A stretch of 63,619 nucleotides of DNA, counting the filler, from Guillardia theta CCMP2712 (Eukaryota > Protista > Cryptophyta), in assembly GCF_000315625.1 (NCBI RefSeq). It is 4 parts of 4 records of this genome, joined end to end, with 100 filler letters (N's around TTAATTAATTAA, not from the genome) between each part and the next. Parts side by side here need not be neighbours in the genome. Positions count along the whole stretch, not along the records: positions 54,809 to 63,619 come from NW_005434439.1; 3 more parts are not named here. One strand, written 5' to 3'. Position numbers and translations under genes: made by a program. A model generated the notes under the pieces. The model was not told the DNA's origin. It saw nothing but the letters and a program-made list of their open reading frames with translations, and did no database searches. Every line of letters begins with the position of its first letter. Within the stretch, counting starts at the first letter, position 1. Positions 54,709 to 63,619 of the stretch are shown here, one piece after another.

Positions 54709-54808
54709 NNNNNNNNNNNNNNNNNNNNNNNNNNNNNNNNNNNNNNNNNNNNTTAATTAATTAANNNNNNNNNNNNNNNNNNNNNNNNNNNNNNNNNNNN
54801 NNNNNNNN

Positions 54809-54905
54809 GGTCAGCAAACCCATTTCATAAGGCAACATCTGAATGTTGTTCTCCCGGAGGGATAAGAATTCTAGATTTGTCAAGTTTCCGATCTCAGGCA
54901 ATATC
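54809..54905 (-). CDS. Isolated LRR exon fragment
   Basis: LPEIGNLTNLEFLSLRENNIQMLPYEMGLLT. Confidence 0.6.
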
Positions 54906-54929
54906 GTTTCAATCCGGGGGGTAGCATAC

Positions 54930-55350
54930 ATAGGCCATGAAGAACAAGATCGAGGACGGAATGATGCCCGCACAAGCCCCCAGACTCCCTGCCCGACTGG
55001 TGAGCAGACGGGGCGATGAGCAGGGAGCAGAACCTTTGAAGAGGTCCTTGAAAAGTTCTTTCCTGCTCGAGGCCTGCCTTGTCTGTATCCTGGTCTTGAT
55101 GGTGTCAAGAGGATATAAGGCTAGCTCTAGCGTCTGCCAAGCGACTCGTGAGGCAAGAAGGTGAGAAAACTCTCCGCACCATGCCGGCAAAGCCTCCAGC
55201 GATGGCACTGCGAACAACGAAGTCTGCTGTCAGTGGCTGCTGCACGAGACTGCCACTAGGTGCTTCTTGGACAGAGGTATGCTGCTGCAGAGCCGACGTG
55301 CGAGGGAGGAGGAGGAGGAGGAGGAGTGGCAAGATACACGAGACTGACAT
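54930..55350 (-). CDS. Mitochondrial-carrier-family (SAM carrier-like) protein with a signal peptide, N-terminal part only
   Basis: AIAGGFAG|..LYPLDTIKTRIQ (PxDxxKxR motif) and GIIPSSILFF. Hydrophobic N-terminal leader. Confidence 0.75.
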
Positions 55351-56429
55351 GCTGCACCTCCTGAGATTGGAAGCTTGCAGGCTTTCATCATAAATCATTC
55401 TTGTGTCGATCAAGCTCAAGACGAAATCTGATGAAAGGCGATTCGGGGTGTGGAAATGAAGAAACTAGAAAGCTGGGATGGTAAGATCAGCACAAGCTTG
55501 AATCAGAGGAGCAGAAGGGAGAGATGACCAGGATGGAAGGTGAAGGGAGGGGAGGGGAGGGAGGAGGAGAGAGGAGGAGAGGAGAGGGAAAGAGGGAAAG
55601 GGGGAAAGAGGAGGAGGGGCCAATGCCCGACAAGCCTCATCCCCGCTCATGACCATTTCCGGGCAAGATTTTGAATTTCCAACACCGGAAGTCACAAGTC
55701 GAAATCTAAAGTACCCGTTACTTTGACCAGAAGTACCCCACCCCTCCGAGGGGGCCGGGACCGACATTGCGGAACTTTCGGTGGCAACCCACAGCCTCAC
55801 CTGTAGCATCCGAACTGATCCTAAACCATGGCGAGGAGGGAGGGGAGAGAGAAGAGAGGAGAGGAGAGGAGAGGAGAAGAGAGGAGAGGACTCGGAGGAG
55901 AGAGGAGAGGAGAGGAGACGAGACGAGAAGAGCAGAGCCGGACTCAGCAGAGCAGAGCAGAGCAGAGCAGAGCAGAGCAGAGGAGCAGAGCAGAGAAGGG
56001 CAGAGAGGGGCAGAGCAGAGGTGGGAAGAGGACGAGAGATTAGATGCGAGGACATGCGAAGAGGAGATCAGAGAAGATCAGATCAGAAGGCTTCAACATG
56101 ACAGCAACGTAGTTGAACTTCCTCTGAAGTTGGTTTAAGATCGCAGGCAAACACGTCATGAGGATTCATAAGTGATAAAGGAGATCTCAACATGAGCATG
56201 AAAAGCGCTGATAGCAAGGTCGTTCGTCATTCCAGACTGTCGTCCGCTCCATCACGCAGAAGGTCTTGACTCCCTCCTCCTCCTCCTCCTCCTCCTCCAC
56301 CTCCTCCTCCTCCTCCTCCTCCTCTTACTCCTCCTCTTACTCATCCTCTTTGTCCTCCTTGTCGACATTGTCCTGCCCTTTTCCTCCTGCACTTCCCCCC
56401 CCCCCCTTGTTTGTCTTCGTAACCATAGC

Positions 56430-57290
56430 ATGGCGTACAGCAGGGAGGAGCCGGTGAGAGCGAGGCAGACCGTGAGCTCCCTTCTCGCTCTCGACGGCAG
56501 GTCGCCGCTCGGCAAGGAGAGGGTCATCCTCGCTCAGAACACGACATGGATGGAATCACTGCGAGACAGCCGACCCTCTGCTCCCTCTCCCTCCTCCTCC
56601 TCGCGGTGACGACCTTCACTGCTCCACCGCTGCTGCTCACGTCACTTGCAGTCCTGCTGTACAGCAAAAGACAAGGCCTGCCACAGCTCGGAGGAGAGAG
56701 GAGGCGAGGGAGGTGGTGGAAAGAGTGGGAGGAAAGACAGGAAGAGGGAGGAGGGAGGAGACAGTGGAAGGGAGGACTGCGAGGGGTTTGAAGTCGCCAA
56801 CGGACAAGGTGCGGGCAGCAGCGTTCGATCCCCACGAAGAGTTTTCAGGTGAGTACAGCACGTTAGGAGAAGGCGGGAATGAGCGAGGGAGGGAGGGGAA
56901 AGGAGGTGGGAGAGAAGGAGGAGGATGGGGGAAGGAGAGGAGAAGACCCTAAAGTGATCGAACGTGTCGCAGAGTTTCTCCACCATTGCAGGATCAACTA
57001 CATGTCGGCGAGTGAGAATGACCTGCGCATTTACATCTGCAAGCTACTCGAGATCTGCGAGTGCCTCATGGAAGCTCGGTGATGCAAGAGGAGGAGAGGA
57101 GGGGGAGGATACAGCGAGAAGGAGCAAGTGGAGGGCAGGACCATCTCTGGTGAAGTAAGCTGACGGATCTTTGATACGCAGTCGGCATGATCGGCGCAGC
57201 GATGCTGAGCAGCGGAGACGAGAAGAGCAGGAGGAGCGAGAGGTTGAGTACCGGAGGAGGCTGATGGAGAGTAAGATGAAGGAACTCAGT
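56430..57290 (+). CDS. Hypothetical protein (exon structure unresolved)
   Basis: ATG at 56430 with protein-like frames and a CAG|GTGAG donor at 56848. Confidence 0.3.
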
Positions 57291-57859
57291 GCACAGCTAG
57301 CCAGGTACTTCTAGTCCCCCATGTGCCACATACACATAGTCCTCCTCCTCCTTTTCCTCCTCCTCCTCCTCCTCCTCCTCCTCCTCCTCCTCCTCCTCTT
57401 TTCAGGAGATACTGACGCTGCATTAAAGGAGCCTGGAGCAACGGACGTGGGCGTTCAGGGGAGGACTGGAGGAGATAAGAGCAACAGGAGGTGGAAGGAC
57501 AAGAGAAGAACCAGCGTGGAAGGAAAGAGGAGGGCAGCTCGTGGAGCAGGACGGAGAGGGGGTGCGGGGGGCAGATGAAGGGGGTGGTGAAGGGAAGCAG
57601 CGGACAGAGGAGAAAGGGGCCGGGAGAGGAGCGAGGAGCAGGGAGGAGGAGGAGGAGGAGGAGGAGGAGGAGGAGGAGGGAGAGGCCTCTCCAGGACATC
57701 TCAGGTAACTTGTGTCTACTAACAAGCAACAGAATGACAAGCAGCTGGCAGTCAACTGGAGCATCTCCAGCTCATGGACAGCTGGAGCAAGAGAGAGACT
57801 CAATCAATCTTGCTGGTGGAGGAGAAGGGGGGTGGTTCGACCTCCCAGTAGGGGTGCAC

Positions 57860-60319
57860 CCTCCTCATGCCGCCACCACCTCCGGTCGGATCGATCGCGT
57901 CAGCCCCAGCTCAGCCTCGCCCACCGGCAAACTCGTGGCGTATTGACCCTGAACGAGCTGCGACCGGACCTGCAGGGCTGTGAGCTCGAGGAAAAACAAG
58001 AGGAGGACGAAGGGCAATAAAAGACGAGTAGAGGACAGCATGAAGCAGAAACAAACCTTCTCGCGCTTGTCGTTAATCTGTTTCCGCCATGTCTCTCTGT
58101 TGGTGAGCTTCTGCGTGATATCGAACTTGCGCTTCTCCTCCTGCTCCTCCTCGATGGACTGCTTGATCTCCTCCATCTCCTCCATCTCCTGCAAGTTCTG
58201 CGTCTTCTTGAGCTGCATGCTCTGCATCTCGCGGGTGTTGACCATCTCCAGGACCTCGTCGTAGACTTTCTTCACCTCCTTCTTCTTGAGCTCCCGCAGC
58301 TGAGCCTCCTCGTCCCTCCTCGGGAAGTTGCACAGCGCCGAGAAGGCTCCTGGCAGGCGGGGCTGCAGCGTCTCGACCTGCTGCCTGAGCTCCTCCCTCC
58401 TTGCCAGCTGCGCGTTCCGCTTCTCCTCCCTCGCCTTCCTCTCCTCCTCCTCCAGCGAGATCCTCAGCTCTTCCGTCTCGCGCATCACCTGCTCCCTCTC
58501 CGCCTCCTTCGTCTGCTCCACCAGCTGCTTCTTGTCCCTCACCTGAGCGTCGAGGAGCGAACGGAGGACTTGGGGAGGGAGGGACTTGCTCTTGGCCTCG
58601 GTGCGGTTGTAGAGGAGGAAGCCGCAGGACTCGGGCTCGAAGACGTTCCTCCTCTGCTGCTTCTGAGTGATGAGCTTGCGGTTGAAGTCTTCAATCTCCT
58701 TCCTCGCCCTCCTCCTGGCGTCCTGCATCTCCTTCTCGCTCTCCAGCGCTGCCTCGTTCCTCTTCTTCGTCTGCTCCAGCAGGAGGGTGTCCACCTCCTC
58801 CTCCAGCTTCTTGATCCCGTCCCTCTCTCTAATCTGACTGTCGTAGAACGACCGGAGGCCCTGCGTCTTGTCGGGGATCCGAACTTCCAGCGTCCTCTGC
58901 CTGATCGCTGCCTCGATCTTCTCCACATCAGCCCTGCTGCTCAGTGGGAAGTTTCGATGCAACCCGATGCTCTCCTGCAGCACTAGCAGCTCCCCGTTCC
59001 GGATCACTATCTCCAGCTCTTCCGCCTTCAGCCCCTGCTCCTCTACCCGCACCACCCGCACGCCCTCCCCCTCCTCCCCCCGCTGCGAGATTCTCAGTCT
59101 CTTGCCGCTGCTCGGAGTTGCCACCAGGTCTCGCTCGACGCTCCTCGCGCTCCTCGCGCTCTGGTTGGAAAACGGGCGCGAGGGGAAGTTCGCCTGCTCC
59201 TGCAGCTCCTCCCTGCTTGGTGTGGCCTTGCGACGGTCTGAGGAGGGGCTGAGGATCGCCTGCTGCTCTTGCAGTGCGCCGGAGCTGTGCGGACGAGATC
59301 GGGGAGGCGTCGGGGGAATCCAGCGGGAGGAGCGAGGACGAGAGCGAGCGAAGACGGAGGGGGAGGGAGGGAGAACTCCGTGGGTCGTGCGAGGACGGTC
59401 ATGACTCTCGAAGATCCCGTCGAACTGCGGGGAGAAAACGAATCTGCTGCTTCCTCCCTGGCACGTCCACGACCCCACCCCGTAGAACTCCAGCCGGATG
59501 GACCCCCCGGACATGGCAGCTTCCCCCGCGTACATGACAATATCCTTGAGCACGTCACTGCCGCAACTTGTCAAGGGTGAGAACGACGGGGGAGGAAGGG
59601 ACGGAGAAGATAGAGAAGCGGAGAACGAGAAGGGAGTACAAGAGGAGGAGGAGGAGGAGGAGGAGGAGGAGGAGGAGGAGTACCTGACAGTGTCTCGGGA
59701 CTCTCCCGCCATGTTAGCAATAGCGACGAGGTTCAGATCGCGGACGGGGATGGAGCCGCTGATGCTCGAGGGTCTCCGGGAGAATCTCAAGTTGTACTGC
59801 CGCGCGAACTTCTCGGAGAGGGTGAAGACAGGAGTGCGAAGAGTCTGAGAGGGAGGTGAGGAGCAGCAGGCGATGAAACGAGCAGCAGGAATGGTTGAGA
59901 TTTGAGAGAGCGAGCACGGTGAGGAGATGGAGATTGGAGAGAAGACAATAGGTTAGAAAGGAGCCAGGGGCAGGACACTCCGGACCAAATCGGAAAGAGA
60001 AGGGAGGACGGGGGACGAGCAGCAGGACGAGGAGCAGCAGGAGGAAAACGCACCTTCTTCTGGGTTCCAAGATCTAACGGATCAACATGAAAACTCCAAA
60101 CCCCAAAATTCGCCAGCGCCAACCCCTGAGATCAATTTGAGTGAGGAGGAGAACGAGTAACGAGCAGCAGCAGCAGCAATCATTTGTTCCAACCTTTCCT
60201 GACCGCAGAGTGTTGCAGAGGACTTGACTGAGGCTGTTCCACACGTTCTTGATGCTCTCCTTGGGAAGCTTCTTCATGCTGAAAGGCCTCTTCTGCACCT
60301 CAGCAAAAATCTTCTCCAT
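57860..60319 (-). CDS. CCDC81-like protein (N-terminal HU-like domains plus coiled coil; 3' end approximate)
   Basis: IKNVWNSL...LRSGK|G.ALANFGVWSF...PVFTLSEKF, a second HU-like repeat (IRLEFYGVGSW), then a long E/K/R coiled coil. Confidence 0.65.
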
Positions 60320-61824
60320 CCTTGAGGAAGTTGGCGAGGTGGAGTAGCAGCGAGATGAGACAAGTGTTTCGACAGATAATTTACAGTTAGGACTTTTTAC
60401 AGGGAGCAAGGCATGGATCTGCAGCAGAAAATCTCTCAGTCCAACCCAAGATGGAGAAGTCAGATGGCAACAACATCCAACAAACTTGTCTCCAGCTCTT
60501 TCTCCTTCCCTCGTCCTCTCCATCGCCATTTCAACTAAGTTTTCATACCACCTCGTCCTCATTGCTTCAAGATCTCGTCCTTGCAACATAATCTTGATGC
60601 ACGACCCCTATCCTCTTCACTCCTTTACTTCGTTTCCAGCGCCTACACTCCAGTGCCTCCTCCTAAAGACCTTCTGCTTGCTTCTGATCCAAGTTTATCT
60701 ATCTATCTGTCTATCTGTCTCTCTGTCTCTCTGTTTCTCTTACATTCACCTCCACTTCCTCTCCTTTATCTTCCTGCATTCACATCGTTCCCCTCATGCG
60801 TCTATCACCCTATCATCATTCGTCTTATAGCCCCTTGCCGATTCGTCGGATCTCTTTTGGCCGATCCCAGTCGATTTGATCCCCTCGTCCTCCTTCTCTC
60901 TCTTATCCGCATGCAGCCATGCCCCTATCTCTTCCTCGTCTTATCACTCTCTGCTCGTGCTCCTCGCTCTTCTCCCTCCTCCCTCCTCCCTCCTCCCTCC
61001 TCTCCCGTCATGATCTCTGCTACTCCTGCATCTTCACCCACACGTTAGGGGATCGGAGGAGGTCGGCATGAAAAATAGGGGGTAGGGGGTGAGTAAGAGT
61101 GGGTAGTGGGTGACAATTTCATGTGTGCATAGGGGTATTTTATGGGTAAAGGTAGGGGTAGTATAAGGATATTTGGGGTGTGTGAAATCAACGTGGGTGG
61201 CTGGATCGAGGGGTGTAATGGAGTGGGAGGGTAGGGGTCCTATGAGCTACGTAGTGGAGGCCTAAAGGGGGTGGTAGGTCGAACAGGTGGGGGTGTAGTG
61301 ACTTTGGGGATGTAGGGGGTATAACACCTTGACTTTCATGATATATAGTAGGGGTGGTAGTAGAAGGACCCTGGGTAAGGTTAAAGAAAGGGGGTATGGG
61401 GTGGTGAAAGAGCTCTTTGCTGATAGGGGGGTAGGGTGGTCTTCAACTGCCATCCCTGGCAGCCGTTGACCGAATTATGCCGGAGGTCCAAGGGAGGGGT
61501 GGGGTGAATGTGATTCAAGATGGGTAGGGTACCTACCTCCACCCTACATTCCTACTGGAAGATGTATTGAAGATCATGGGTACTAGGTAAGTCACAGTAT
61601 TGCAGGTGGGGACTGTGGAGATACTGAAGGTGGGGTAGTCAAGATAGGGGTGATTTATTCGATAAATCTGTCGGAAATTCAGGGTAGGGTCATACAAGGT
61701 TATTATACCCCTGTAAAATTTATGATTTGGGGGTGGGGTGTCTCGGTAGGCTGCATGGTTCGCCTCAGAGCTTCAAGAAAAAAAGTCAAAAAAATGAAAA
61801 GAAGGGAAGAGACGAATGGAGACA

Positions 61825-62072
61825 AGGAGAGCGAAGGAGAGCGAAGGAGAGCGAAGGAGAGCGAAGGAGAGCGAAGGAGAGCGAAGGAGAGCGAAGGAGA
61901 GCGAAGGAGAGCGAAGGAGAGCGAAGGAGAGCGAAGGAGAAAGAAGGAGAGCGAAGGAGAGCGAAGGAGAGCGAAGGAGAGCGAAGGAGAAAGAAGGAGA
62001 GCGAAGGAGAGCGAAGGAGAGCGAAGGAGAGCGAAGGAGAGCGAAGGAGAAAGAAGGAGAGCGAAGGAGAGC
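61825..62072 (+). repeat. 10-bp minisatellite (GGAGAGCGAA)n, ~25 copies
   Basis: Read directly. Confidence 0.95.
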
Positions 62073-62337
62073 GCAGTTTGGCAAGCTTTTGATTAGCTCT
62101 GGCAATTCAGCTACACCGTCCAAGATGAGAGAAGAGGCAATTGTGTTAGTACCTAGAAGGATTCAAGCGTTCCCCTATCCTTTCGCATATCACTTTCTCC
62201 ATGGTTAGAAAGGGAGAGTGATCTTTTAGCAGAGTTGTTGTCTAAAGAGCGTCTGTTGAAGTCTTGAACGATCTGACAATCTTGGTTCATAGGTAGCTGC
62301 AGTGCTGCTACCTCAGTTGTGACCGACCGGATCTACC

Positions 62338-63619
62338 ATGGCCGACGAGTTTACGGACCGACAGCCGAAGGTGAGAGGACTTCCAAGGGCAGCGCTGGTT
62401 GGTGGCTAATTTGTTTGTCTTTGACAGGACGAGAACGAGCTTGGTAAGCAGCGTCAAAGAAATTGATGTTTCACTGTCAAAGAAATTGATGTTTCACTGT
62501 CAAAGACTTTCATGTTTCCCTCCCTGTCCCCTCTGACCTTCTGCTATCGTCAGTCAAGTTCGTCGATCAAGCCGTCAAGGAGGTCATGACTTGGTTCATG
62601 ACGCCAGAGAGCGAAGCTGTGGTGGAGGAGGTGGCGGTGAACAGGCGGAGCAGGCCCCGTCCCTCCTGGGGACTCTCTCCCAACCCCGATGACCCCGAGA
62701 TGGCGAGGACGCAGAAAGAGGCGGAGATGAGGGAAGCGCAGGCAAAAAAAGCCTCGGCCGATAAAGCGGAGGCGGCAAAGGCAGAACGGTCGAGGCAGCT
62801 CCAGGCTGAGCGGCTGGAGCGGCAGAAGGCGATGTCGAGGAAGATTGCTCTGACGCAGCTGAAGCAGCTCTACTACGGACGTGTGGTGGACCAGGTGCGG
62901 ATGAAGAAGAGAGACCTTCACAACGAGAGGATGGGGATTGAGAAACAGGCCTCGATGTTCCAGCATCTCGCCCATGATGCCGCCAAGGTCTCCTGAATCG
63001 AATGATGCAGCCGCTGTCACTGACTTGGGGAGCTGGCAGATGATCAAAGTGCTCAAGGATGAGCTGGAAACTGCGAGGTCGCAGAAGTCAAAGGCGGAGA
63101 ACAGCGCGTCCATCATGCAGTCCAAAGCCGATGGGGCCAGACTTGCAGGTTGCGTTCCCTGCTTTGACAGCGTCGGCCAAGTTTGACACTTCCTGACCTG
63201 CTGGGCAGCTGTTGGGCTGAGCGTCAGCAGACAGTTCAAGCAGGGGCAGACAGTGAGAGGAGAGGAGAGGAGGAGAGGAGCGATGACACGCCTGGCAGGC
63301 TGCCAAGAGCGACGCGGAGACGTTTCAAGCAGAAGCATATAGACAGAAGAGACTTGTAAGCGGCGATGACGGGAAACCGTTGTGATGATTTCAACAGGCT
63401 CAGGCTGCTTACGAGATCATCCGCATCAGCCTTGATCTCATTGAACAGGTCGCTGCTCTATTGCTGCAAAGCTCCAGCTGACCACGAGCAGGAAGAGGAA
63501 AAGGTCAGGATCTGCGAGTCTCAGGTGGAATGAGGAGGAGGAGGAGGGAGGAGGAGGAGGGTGAGCAACGTACTCAGGTCAAGTCGCTGAAGATCCGATC
63601 GCGAAGAATGCTCGAGAGC
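62338..63619 (+). CDS. Hypothetical coiled-coil protein, 5' part (multi-exon)
   Basis: MADEFTDRQPK|DENEL|...VMTWFMTPESE... with canonical splice sites. May run off the window. Confidence 0.55.

Noticed and set aside
61825-62072. Telomere-like repeat or ESEGERRRAK protein
   Set aside because: Internal purine-rich minisatellite with genes on both sides.

Overview
Eukaryotic, GC-rich, intron-dense genomic DNA. The signal-peptide plus AF-motif plastid targeting, ~50-bp introns and microsatellite-filled introns suggest a cryptophyte (Guillardia-like) nuclear genome; this is inference. Ordinary genes: an ACBP 5' exon, intronless THOC2, retinoblastoma-related, a FAD monooxygenase (partial), succinyl-CoA ligase beta, an LRR protein, NEDD8/RUB, a plastid rubredoxin, an NhaD antiporter (partial), a SAM-carrier-like fragment, a CCDC81-like gene and several unknowns. 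The central block, 17.7-36.2 kb, is bounded by artificial assembly linkers and is a nested mobile/repeat locus. A Crypton-type tyrosine-recombinase gene with an intact catalytic set is split by a complete Ulp1-carrying Mutator element (TIRs plus a 9-bp TSD), and removing the Mutator restores the reading frame. Directly upstream of the recombinase lies a near-perfect 332-bp tandem array (~16.5 units) rich in palindromes, including a 26-bp inverted CACGTG site. A 2,654-bp TIR element has inserted into this array with no target duplication. A PIF/Harbinger MITE and recurrent GGGGTA/TACCCC promoter-associated fields are also visible.
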